From contig OX597816.1 of assembly GCA_951406725.2 (NCBI GenBank), forward strand, positions 161,944,001-162,008,000: a DNA stretch of 64,000 nt. The letters are read 5' to 3'. This stretch comes from Octopus vulgaris. Its lineage: Eukaryota. This document shows positions 52,470 to 64,000 of the stretch, piece by piece; position 1 is the first letter of the stretch; each line of letters opens with the position of its first letter. A model generated the notes under the pieces. It searched no databases. It saw only the letters and a program-made list of their open reading frames with translations, and was not told the origin of the DNA. The translations under genes were made by a program, and so were the position numbers.

Positions 52470-52830
52470 ATCATTGCAGCTGTTGCAAGAAATCTGCATG
52501 TCCGCTCATGAACTAATGCATGCAGAAAAACATCGTATACAAAAACACAATTACCACCTCGCAACATAAATAGGCATTCATAGGAGCCTCCGAAAACCAG
52601 TTCAATGTACGTTATCGCAAAACCATATCTCCTCATTCCGAAAGATATGCTGGCGACAAGCAACATCACCAGCGGACCTAATAAGGGAATTTAAAAGAAG
52701 GAAAAAGTACAAAATAAAATAGAATCGTCAATAATAGAAAATGTACACCCATATAATATATTATTAAGCATATGCGACTTGTGCCTTGAAGAGACCTTGT
52801 ACATTCTGTTAAGTAACGAAAACTTGGTAA
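52470..52830 (+). pseudogene. Penelope-like GIY-YIG remnant
   Basis: CSCCKKSACPLMN*CMQKNIVYK..FIGASENQFNVRY..CDLCLEETLYIL; same type as 46875-47365. Confidence 0.7.
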
Positions 52831-53725
52831 ACAAGCATTTTTTGAGAAAAGCACAAGATGTTGTCACTGCGCCAGATTTGCATTTTCCTGATACAATACA
52901 ACAGAATAATGATAATAATAATTCAGTGAGCTCTCTTCCTCTCCCCTTCCCCCTATCCATGTGTGCATATGCGTGATTTTCCGCGTGCTTAGTATGTATG
53001 GATATATGTTTCTACGTGGATATATGTATCTTCGTAAGAAAATTTATTTTCTTAAACGCATAAGAAAGCCTTCACCCATCATTATTCCACAATGAATCCT
53101 TTAAAATTATCCTGAGTACAGGGAAATCTTTGAGAGAACACTTAGCTGTTGTTTTTAGCATATCAAACGGCAGCGCAGACGTTCCCTCTTTGGGTCGTTA
53201 TACCTCTGACGACGATGACTGCTGCACAAATAATACGAAGAAAGAAAGAAGCTAAAACAGAGGGAACGGAACTGAAAGAGACAAAGGACAGGCTAAACAA
53301 GTAGACAGACAAGCAGACAAGCAGACGAATAACAAATAAACACGGACGTACCTAAAAAATTAATCTATAGTAATAACATTGAGATCGATGATGACTTTAA
53401 AAGGATTGATGTTAGGAGGCGATAAATACAAGTTATCAGGCGACGTCATTTTCTCGGTAGTTGGATTTTAAGTGGCAATAGATTCGGCTGGCCGATGATA
53501 TATCAAAATGTATGTATGTATGTATGTATGTATGTATGTATGTATGTATGTATGTATGTATGTATGTATGTATGTATGTATGTGTGTACGTATGGATGTA
53601 TGTATGATTGTACGTACGTATGGATGTAGATATGTGTATGCATCTATATGTATGCAAGTATATATGTATGTATATTATGTATGTATGATTGTACGTACGT
53701 ACAGATGTAGATATGTGTATACATC

Positions 53726-53757
<32 letters not shown>

Positions 53758-53864
53758 TGTATGTATATGTATATATATATTTATCTCTGGATATAAACCT
53801 GTATATTTAAATGTGTGTATATACTAATAAGTATACATATACACATGAGTATATATATAATATA

Positions 53865-53964
<100 letters not shown>

Positions 53965-54525
53965 GTGTATGTGTTTAGCTATGTTTCTATATATTTATAT
54001 GTAACTATATATATATATCTATATATCTCTCTATATATGTCAGTATATATGTGTGTGTGTATATATATGTATGTAACTATATATAACTATATATCTGTAT
54101 CTATATATATATATATATCAGTGTGTATATATTTATATATGTATGTGTGCATACGTAAATGTATGCATATATTTATAAAAAAAATCACGCGCATAAATAG
54201 TAATCAATAATAAAAAAAAATTATTGAAGAAAAATATAAGGAACAGAGAAAAAAAGAGAAAAATTGAAAGTTTTTATGGTTGACAGTGTCCGTCTGTCTG
54301 TCTGTCTTCTCTCTTTCAGTACATTTGTGAGAATGTGTTTGTGTGTGTGTATGTGTGTGAGCACGTTTGTGCGTTTGTTTTTATATATTCATGCATAAAT
54401 AAATACGCAAACTAACACACACAAACATATATATATGTAAATATATATACACATTCGTATACTAAGCATATATTTAAAGAAAACAGCTATATCGAATACA
54501 ATAACAGTAAAAGGAGATCACACAA

Positions 54526-54579
<54 letters not shown>

Positions 54580-54683
54580 TATATATATATATATTATATA
54601 TATATACATGCATTATGTATATGAATATAAATAACATACATAAATGTGCGTGTATTAGTATTGATATAAATATATATAGATAT

Positions 54684-54726
<43 letters not shown>

Positions 54727-55292
54727 AATATATACATATATATATAGGTATATATATATATATAACTATATAAATGAATACATACATATACATATAGATA
54801 TAAGTGCGTGCGCATGTGTGTGCGCGCATCAGTGTATAAAGGACAAAAGAAAAAAACAGGAAGTGACGTTAAGTCTCAAAAAATAAATATCTGTCATTAT
54901 ATACTGTCCTTTTAACCTCTCTAACTATTTTATCTTGTCAATGGCTGTTTTATTTATTTTCTTATATTTTATTTCGTTATCGAAATTCTCTGCCGCATCA
55001 TTCTCTTGCATCTAAATCGATCTTATAGAAAATATGATATTACCTGTGTCAATTTTTATTTATTTAGAAATTATATTCTATATAAATATATATATATGTA
55101 TATATATGTATGTGTATGCGTGTGAATATATATATACATATATATACATATATATATATATACATACACACACACACACATATATATATATATACATATG
55201 TATATGTATGTATGTGTGTTTGTATATACATTTATATATATGTGTGTATGTGTGTGTATGCATGTATATATACATTTATATACCCCCACAGA

Positions 55293-55350
<58 letters not shown>

Positions 55351-55371
55351 AATATTTACATATATATACAT

Positions 55372-55432
<61 letters not shown>

Positions 55433-55837
55433 CCTAATGTACATTTTTATCTATAAATGTATATATTTCCATGTGTGTGTGTGTGTATGTCAGTGTGTGT
55501 TTATGCGCGTATGATCGCGTGTGCGTTTGTATTTATTGGGGTATACGTGGTTTAAAGTACAACTTCATTTTCAAGGTGATTTATGCAATAATCGACAAAC
55601 TATGAGATGGAACAAATCGGGGTTCACAGAGTTTAACAATGAAATTCTCAGCCCTCAAGCCTCCCTTCTTTCACTCTGCGGTCATTGTGCTTCCTGAAGG
55701 GACAATATTTCATCCTCATGCGCTTGCATGGATGTTTGTGCATACACACACGCACGCACACACACACGTACAAACACACACACACACACATGCATGTTAC
55801 TACTACCTATCTCAATAAACAAATATAAATATGCGTC

Positions 55838-55868
<31 letters not shown>

Positions 55869-55878
55869 TATATAAACA

Positions 55879-55919
<41 letters not shown>

Positions 55920-55970
55920 ACACATATATGTATATATATATATATATTATATCAATATACATACAGCTAT

Positions 55971-56018
<48 letters not shown>

Positions 56019-57286
56019 TTACATATACATACATATACATATATATATATTATATTAATATACATACATCCATATTTATATATATGTATATATATATATA
56101 TATATATATACATACATACATACATACATACATATACGTATATATATGTATATATATATATATGTATGTACAAATATATATGTATATATAAATATATGTA
56201 CATGTATATAAGTTTATATGTATAAATATATGTGCACACACATATCTCACACACACACACATGCACTTATACTTGGTGAGGGCGCGCGTATACATAAGCA
56301 CTATTTGCGTATGTCTGTATATGCGTATATTAGTGCTTATGTGCATGTTGACGTGTTTGTGCGTTGCTCTCGTTTACGTGTTAAAACCGCTGTGTTACGT
56401 GTCTGGATGAACGTGCGTAGATTGAACAAGTGTGTTTACATGGCTATGTTATCTATGCCAAACACCACTATAAAACCGGCTTTAGACAGAGATAAGTTTA
56501 GCGGCTATCATTCATGTAGCGTTTTATTTCATTTTACTTTATTCCTATTTTTCTTATTTTTCTTATAGAATAAACAATAAATAAATAACACAAAGAAAAC
56601 ATAATAATAAAAAAAAAAGAAATCTAGAATCTTTGAATATAATTTCTTTTCATATTTCTTTCCTCTTTATAGAATATTGTTTTTTTCCCCTTCTCAATTT
56701 CGTATTAGCCAAATAGGCTATAAATTATAAGATATTCGCCGCAGACGTTAAATCATGTAACATTGCATTGGTTTATAATGGTTCTTTTCTTCTCTTTTTT
56801 TTCTTCTTACCTCAGTCATGTTTCCATCAAGGGGATCTTTTTGGATCTTTTCATTGCCGCTTCATAACCATTGGTCATTACAAGAACATGAACAAAAACT
56901 ATCAAAAAAAAACAAAAGAAGACCTACCCGCCACCACCATCGCCTACCCTCAAAACAAAGCAACGGAAGCATGAACGAGGACATATATATTCTTTCTTCC
57001 GCGACTTTCGATTAGGTGCCAGTAATCATACTTCAAGAACTAGAAAGACCTTCATTACTCAACTTACTGGGTCAAAATGGTAGCTAGGGATGGGAAGCGA
57101 GCAGGGCGAAATAGTGGGTTGTTAATGCGTCAGTCTGCCAAAGTGTACGAAGAAATTTTCGGCATTTTCATACAAGGTTTCATTCACCCGAAGACACATT
57201 TGAATAGAACTACACACACACACACACTCTCTCTCTCTCTCTCTCGCTCTTTCTTTGTCCCTTTCTCTCTTACGCGCACACAAACG

Positions 57287-57375
57287 CATGCACACGTGCA
57301 TACATGCACACGTGCATACATGCACACGTGCATACATGCACACGTGCATACATGCACACGTGCATACATGCACAC
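57287..57375. repeat. 16-bp minisatellite (CACACGTGCATACATG) x5 plus partial units
   Basis: Exact units start at 57291, 57307, 57323, 57339 and 57355. Confidence 0.92.
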
Positions 57376-57511
57376 AGGATTAAGTAAGCCATTTCATAAG
57401 CACTAAGCTCTCCTTTTGTGTGTGCCATGGATTCAGATCTCGTTTACATTGTATTTGGGTTACCCATGTTAGCAATGACATCAAAGACATTCCGGTTCTT
57501 TGAGCCCAACT

Positions 57512-57584
<73 letters not shown>

Positions 57585-57586
<2 letters not shown>

Positions 57587-57890
57587 ACGTGATCACGTGA
57601 CCGACCAGGCTATCAGATGTTGCTACACATCGCTGGTCACAATGCGCTTCGCATTGTTTTAGTCTTCAAATGACGCCACCCCGCTGGCTAAGCGAGCAGG
57701 CCAACAGAAGACAGAAGAAAAGTTGCGGTGAAAGAGTTCAGCAGGGATCGCCACCACCCCCTGCCGGAGCCTCGTGGAGCTTTAGGTGTTTTCGCTCAAT
57801 AAACACTCACAACGCCCGGTCTGGGAATCGAAACCGCGATCCTACGATCGCGAGTTCGCTGCCCTAACCGCTGAACCATTGCGCCTCCAC
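57585..57890 (-). mobile_element. SINE family B head with third tail type
   Basis: Minus strand GTGGAGGCGCAATGGTTCAGCGGTTAGGGCAGCG.., ending GACCAGCGATGTGTAGCAACATCTGATAGCCTGGTCGGTCACGTGATCACGTGA. Confidence 0.85.
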
Positions 57891-57899
57891 AAACTCACA

Positions 57900-57936
<37 letters not shown>

Positions 57937-58014
57937 ACACACACTCACACACACACACACACACATACACACACACATATATATATTTACACTTCCGGTC
58001 ATTTCAGGCATATA

Positions 58015-58202
58015 ACCACACACGTGCAGTTGGTGATATTTTCCTTCTCTGGATTTTCCCGCTTTCCTTTCTGACAAAGAACTATGCTCGAAACGTCAAA
58101 ACCCCTTTCTTTTCTTTTCCACATTTACCGAGAGTCAAACTAATACATTCCATGTGCGCGTCCTCTTGTTTTGTTATTGTTATTTTTATTGCTCGATTTG
58201 AC

Positions 58203-58203
<1 letters not shown>
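58015..58203 (+). mobile_element. HHR mini-element, diverged
   Basis: 58068-58100 TTT-CTGACAAA-GAAC(TAT)GCTC-GAAAC-GTC-AAA, then CCGAGAGTCAAACTAATAC; ends at (TA)n. Confidence 0.65.
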
Positions 58204-58268
<65 letters not shown>

Positions 58269-58649
58269 TATATATACATTTACATCGATACATTGATGCA
58301 TATATGTATATATATAATCAATATATATCGACTATGCAAAGAAAACTGCAACACACACCATTTGAGCTTTAATATCATTGGAAGTATTCTCCTTGTGAAG
58401 CCACACACATTATCCAGCGTCGTTTCCATTGATGGAAACATTGTTGGAAATTTTTTTTAGGATAGAAGCAGCTATTTAAAGTGGGATTTGATTTTCGGAA
58501 AAAGGTGTAAGTGGGGTGAGATTTGGGAAATATGGTAATTGTGGGACCTGAGAATATGTTGCTTGGCCAAAAGCTGCTGTAATGGTGAAGTTATTACTCG
58601 TCGAAAGCATGCAGTTCTGTCTGACGACCACACTCTACACCTTACTTCT

Positions 58650-58897
58650 ATCATCATCATCATTGTTCGACCGTGGTCGAGACAATGGAATTTACCATGC
58701 TACGCCAGACTTTACGGTCCATCATGGCATTACGGAGGTCCTGTTGCTGGATGCCTGTATCCCTGGAGATTACATCAGGGTAGGAGAGTGTGCGCCCTCT
58801 GGTATTGCGAGTAGATGGCTTCCAGAGGAGAAGAGTAGAAATTACCTCTTTTTCAGCTCTACAACAATGTCCAGTAAACTAGACTCTCTTACCTTTC
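58650..58897 (-). mobile_element. RTE-like LINE 3' end with (TGA)n tail
   Basis: Minus strand RV*FTGHCCRAEKEVISTLLLWKPSTRNTRGRTLSYPDVISRDTGIQQQDLRNAMMDRKVWRSMV, then (TGA)n; resembles the RTE C-terminal GH..GR..DR..W pattern. Confidence 0.78.
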
Positions 58898-59915
58898 GCG
58901 CTGCTATAAACAAGGGAAATGAGATAGAGCGTTATAACTTAATGTGCATGCGCAACAGAGCTCAAGGTCAATCTGTACTACGTGTAGTCACAGGGTAATA
59001 AAGTCACGGTAATAAATCTATTCCCAAATTCAGGCAGATTAGTTTGTTATCTTGATGAAATATTCCTTTGGTGTGAAATTAGTTAGATCAATGAAATAAT
59101 GTTAGAAAGCCTAGCGTCGTTGGTCAGTTTAACGTAGACAAAAACGTCTTGAATTTTATCCATTTTTGTTCCAAAAATTAAGATTCGAGATGCTTCGGTT
59201 GAAGGATATAAAAGCCTAAAATTTTAAGGAATTTTCAGCGATTTCGAGGTGCTACACGAATCTTTGTCACTCAATCGCTCATTTTCATCCTTTATGTTAT
59301 AAGTGAGAAATATATATTTTGATATTTCGTAATGTTGCTTAGGCATTTAAAAAATGGCCGTATGTCATACTAAAATCCTTCCTTTCAATTAGTCAAGGAT
59401 GACAAACTAGCTAGAGTAAATTAAATAATTTACACTCTCATAGATTTAATACAAGATATATTTAAATGCCAAATAATATAGACTTACTTTTACTACCTGT
59501 CTACCTGCTTTGCTTTTATTGTGATATGAAATTATGAAATAATTTCTTTATAAACAAAAAAATTAAATTTTCTGTAAGGAACATTGTATGTAAAAATTGT
59601 ATTTGCCAAATATCTGTTTTGACCAATTGAACACCTTATAGGTATCCTATATAGAACTCTTCTAAATTTAAGATATTGGTAATTTCTTTTTATAGTTTTG
59701 TTTGTTAAAGATATAAAGTAAATAAGTATAACTAACGAAGTAATCTTAGACACAATACTTCATGTAACTAAATAGCGTTCTGGAAACAACTTATATACAT
59801 TTAACTATGCTAAATATAAAAAAAGAGCATTTAAACACGTAACCCCATAAAAGGAACACATCATAACAAATAATTTTATAAAACCAAGCAGCTCAGCAAT
59901 GCTTGCTTTAGCTCC

Positions 59916-59929
59916 GTTCCCATAGCAAC
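59916..59929. promoter_or_regulatory. RFX X-box-like motif
   Basis: GTTCCCATAGCAAC fits the X-box consensus GTTNCCATRGNAAC in non-repetitive DNA; no linked gene identified. Confidence 0.25.
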
Positions 59930-60089
59930 AGACCCGATACTTTTTGATCAAACCTAGTATTATTTAGCTTTGTTAATCAAAACATTTATATATGATGGTG
60001 GCTCTGTATTATTAGCGAAGTAAAATTTACTAACTGGGACTTCAGTTTCCGCCTCTAACGTCTTTTTCAGGCCGAATTTATTTATAGAA

Positions 60090-60257
60090 TGCGGAGGCGC
60101 GACGGCTCATTTGTTAGGACAGCGGACTCGCAGTCGTAGGATCACAGTTTCGATTCCTAGATCGGGCGTTGTGAGTGTTTATTGAGAGAAAACACCTAAA
60201 AGCTCCATGAAGCTCCGGCAAGGCGAACACTCGTCGTCGTAATCGACGGAGCGCCAC
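60090..60257 (+). mobile_element. SINE family B, internally deleted
   Basis: Head..AAAGCTCCATGAAGCTCCGGCAAGG joined to CTCGTCGTCGTAATCGACGGAGCGCC. Confidence 0.78.
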
Positions 60258-60911
60258 GATAATGGCTATATGGCTCGTGTTTCCAGGTATAAACATAAGC
60301 ACGTATATTCGCCTGCATGTATATGTGTGTAAGCATGTCCATACATACACACACACACCTACATATACCTTCACATATTCATACACAGCCATGTTTATAC
60401 ATGTTATTAAAGTGCACAAGTCTGTTTGAGTATGAATGTGAAAGTGAGAGTGTGAGTGTGTAGGTAAATGAGTGTGTGTAAGTGACAGTTGGAGTAAACA
60501 AGGCGATGTGTGACGTTAATTTAATTTCCGGTGACTTTACGCTCAAACTATTCCTATTGATTCCTGCTCGTCAATAGACATTCTTGATTTTTTTCAAATC
60601 TATTCCAGAAAGATACTGATATATATATATATAGACACACGCATCTGTGTGAATGTTAAGTTATGCACAAACGCGCGTGCATACGCACACAGAGAGACAC
60701 TCGCGCGCGACACGCACATATATGTATATCAACACGCCAAAAGACCCATACGCGCATTTCAAAGTCATACATCCAAATATCAATGCATTTACACAATACA
60801 CACACTTACACACGCACACGCACACATACACATACACATACACACATATATACGTATATTTTTTATATATAAACATATTTACATACATGCATACATACAT
60901 ACATACATACA

Positions 60912-61022
<111 letters not shown>

Positions 61023-61067
61023 TTAGGTATGTATAAGTATATAGTAAAATAAGGATTCAGATAGAAC

Positions 61068-61114
<47 letters not shown>

Positions 61115-61118
<4 letters not shown>

Positions 61119-61312
61119 TGTGTATCTGTGTTTGTCAGCTATCGCTTGACAACCGATGTTGGTGTGCTTACGTCCCCGTAAGTCAGCGGTTCAGCAAAAG
61201 AGCCAAATAGACTAAATGCTAGGCTTACAAAGAATACGTCCTGGGGTCGATTTGTTCGACTGAAGGCGGTGCTCCAGCATGGCCGAAGTCAAATGACTGA
61301 TACAAGTAAAAG
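61115..61312 (+). mobile_element. SINE family D, 3' half
   Basis: ATCGCTTGACAACCGATGTTGGTGTG..GGCGGTGCTCCAGCATGGCCGAAGTCAAATGACTG. Confidence 0.82.
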
Positions 61313-61324
61313 AAAAAAAGAATA

Positions 61325-61453
<129 letters not shown>

Positions 61454-61549
61454 GTATATATATATAGATGTATAACTAGCAGGATATTTATTACATATGC
61501 ATGTGCAAGGGTGCGTACGCTTGCGTGCAGTTGAGTGTGTGTGTGTATA

Positions 61550-61592
<43 letters not shown>

Positions 61593-61964
61593 ATGTGTGT
61601 TATTTGGTTTCTCATACAAATAACTTTGAATAGAAATATAGAACACCTTTCTTGATAGTAATAGTCTCATAGTTTAGATTTGGAAATTCTTCTTAATTTA
61701 AACTCGAATCGGCCATTATTACGATTCTACGACTACATTGCAAACACCTGTCATGTGGTTTTCTCCAGCTTCACGTCCTCTGCCGCAATAGATATTATTC
61801 TTTTATATTGAAATTCAAGTGATTATACGCCGAACACTTTTTGGTATTATACCAAATATATATATAATTATACTACACACTGTGTGTGTAGTACTTTTTA
61901 TTTTCGCCATAGAAAGCGCTTGAGTTTTCATTTGACCGCTAAATCTACAATTTAAAAAAATTCT

Positions 61965-62095
61965 CTCTCTGTTTATTTCATCGTATTCCTATCTGTCGAA
62001 GCGCGTAGGCTCGAAACGTAAAAGACTTTCTCACTTCCCGAGCCTCATACGAATACATCTGTCACTGTCTTTTGTTTTTCTGTAAATTTCAACTA
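61965..62095 (+). mobile_element. HHR mini-element
   Basis: CTGTCGAA-GCGC(GTAG)GCTC-GAAAC-GTA-AAAGA at 61993-62025, then CCCGAGCCTCATACGAATAC; ends at (TA)n. Confidence 0.68.
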
Positions 62096-62115
62096 TATAT
62101 ATATATATATATATA

Positions 62116-62275
62116 TCTTTTTTACTACCCACAAGGGGCTTAACACAGAGAGGACAGAAAAGGACAGACAAACAGATTAAGTCGATTACATCAACCCCAG
62201 TGCGTAACTGGTACTTAATTTATCGACCCCGAAAAGATGAAAGGCAAAGTTGACCTCGGCGGAATTTGAACTCAA
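62116..62275 (-). mobile_element. SINE family A body
   Basis: Reverse complement of the 36005-36160 body. Confidence 0.82.
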
Positions 62276-62649
62276 AATTTCAACTATATATATATATATT
62301 TATATATACATACGAGCAAAACATTTAAACCAATTTTTTTGAAAATAACTTGCCCGACCGTACCATAGAAACACTGATTTGAGAAACACTGATTTAACCT
62401 AAATTTGAGACACCAGCAAAAGAAGAAATAAAGATAGACTTTTTCTCTATTCCAAAGAAAAACGATTTTATTTACACAAATATGCAACCGAAGAGTTAAA
62501 AGTACCAGTAATGATAAGGCTGTTGCCTGGGGGAACACAAACATGATTTAAATAGTAAGCTTGGCAGGAAAGAAATGTGCCTTTAAGCAGTACAAAAACA
62601 ACAAAAAAATGGAAGGTGCAGTTATGTACAGGTTGACGGAAGAAAAGCA

Positions 62650-62820
62650 GGACAAAAATGGCTTTATCGATCGCATTCTCACCTAGAATCGATTTTTGTA
62701 ATTTTTTCAAGACTTATACCTGCTCTGATACCGTCGGTATCTACATATCAAATTTGAGCGCAATCGGATGGAGGATGCTCAATATCCTAAGACACACAGA
62801 CAGACAGAACGGATTCTATG

Positions 62821-62832
<12 letters not shown>
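62650..62832 (-). mobile_element. Possible Helitron-type non-autonomous element 5' part
   Basis: Minus strand ATATATATCATAGAATCCGTTCTGTCTGTCTGTGTGTC..CCGATTGCGCTCAAATTTG, a layout typical of Helitron-derived repeats with a (CTGT)n tract. Confidence 0.4.
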
Positions 62833-62858
<26 letters not shown>

Positions 62859-63549
62859 TTCTGGGATCTGGTTAACATCTTGGTCCATCCTTTGTCTGTT
62901 GTTCTCGCTAGTTGTCTTGGCAAACTTCATTGAAGCCTGTTTATAGGACTCCGAGAATATGACGAGCGTCAGTCAGCATCAGGATCAATGTTGAACGTCA
63001 TTGTTTCGTTGGCTCGTTGCATTGCACTTAATTTGCAGTCGAGATTTGTTTTGGTAAAAGCAACGGAAAGAATAGTGAAATTGTCTTGGAGAGTAGAGTA
63101 GCCAACGCTTTAGAAAGGAACATTTAAGTTTAAGAAAGCATGGAAAAATTTAAGGTTAAGAAAGCATGAAAAAATTAAACAAAAAATAAAAACAAATGAA
63201 CAAAGACAAAAAGAACAAAAACAAAAAAACAAACAAACAAAAAACAAATAAAGCAAAAATAGGATAGACTAGAGTTATTTCGTCCTGTAATTTTAACTAT
63301 GAAGAAAGACTGTTTTAAATGCAGGATACTACATTTGCCTTTGAAATTTCATTGTATTCTCACAGTCGTTTTTTCAAATAATACAAGTCTTTCCGACGCC
63401 GACTCCCACCATTTTCCTTAGATTGTGTTTTTAATCTCAGAACCGCAGACTGCTTCTCATCCTGTGTGTTACTGAATACAATTCCTATTCATAATCATGG
63501 CGACATTAGTCCTGAAGACGGAAGTAGATCTTGAAATCCTTAAATCTTT

Positions 63550-64000
63550 AAATTGTCTCAGCTTCATAGCTGCGGTCATGCTGGGGCAGCACCGTTGACT
63601 GTGCTACACCATTATTTGTAACCGCCTCTGATATGTGGAATTTGGTGAATGCAGGAGTTTGACGCTGCTGCACTCATCTGTGTTTCTTGACGTGAAGTAG
63701 GTTCCTCCGGGACCCTTGACAAGAGGGGATCCAGTTTTGTTTTGAAGACACATACATCCACACCATGTAGGTCTCTCAGGCATTTCGGAAGGATATTGAA
63801 GAGATGTGGGCCCTTGAAACCCAAGTTATTGCAGTTATCTGGTCCTGTATTTTGATGGAGATGTATATCACTGCATATCTTTTTGGCCTTCGTTCTTGGG
63901 AGAAGAGTTTTAATTCTTTCAGTCTTTCCCAGGAGCTGATACGCTGCATTGAAACGATTTTCTTTGTGTAGCTTCGTTGGATTGCTTCGAGTCCAAGCGG
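63550..64000 (-). mobile_element. 3' end of a third copy of the 9124-11011 CR1 family (runs off window)
   Basis: [46 protein letters not shown] and 3' UTR GCCCCAGCATGACCGCAGCTATGAAGCTG. Confidence 0.9.

Noticed and set aside
54803-54872. Promoter-like cluster (TGCGCATG, TATAAA, GGAAGTGACG)
   Set aside because: Short motifs beside alternating purine-pyrimidine repeats with no associated transcript evidence; chance occurrence is likely.

Overview
AT-rich, microsatellite-saturated animal genomic DNA with no convincing host protein-coding gene. The SINE families and repeat landscape resemble an Octopus/cephalopod genome (my inference, not a database result). Almost all ORF-track entries are translations of (TA)n, (CA)n, (TATG)n, (ATC)n or (ACC)n. 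The real content is mobile DNA: a young 5'-truncated CR1-clade LINE with an intact ~600-codon RT frame (9221-11011, minus), two more copies of that family, a second CR1 nested in one of them, R4/Dong and RTE remnants, mariner and Tc1 transposase relics, Helitron-like pieces, several Penelope-like (PLE) RT and GIY-YIG remnants, and four tRNA-derived SINE families. The most striking signal is a dispersed set of about a dozen hammerhead-ribozyme (HHR) motifs in small non-coding elements that are mostly bracketed by (TA)n. These include a 360-bp terminally redundant retrozyme-like unit (21179-21623), a canonical-core HHR with a long stem II (37998-38096, minus) and a family of ~170-200 bp minimal-HHR elements, some in head-to-head palindromes. 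All structures were read by eye; family names and ribozyme activity need computational and experimental confirmation, and repeat boundaries are approximate.
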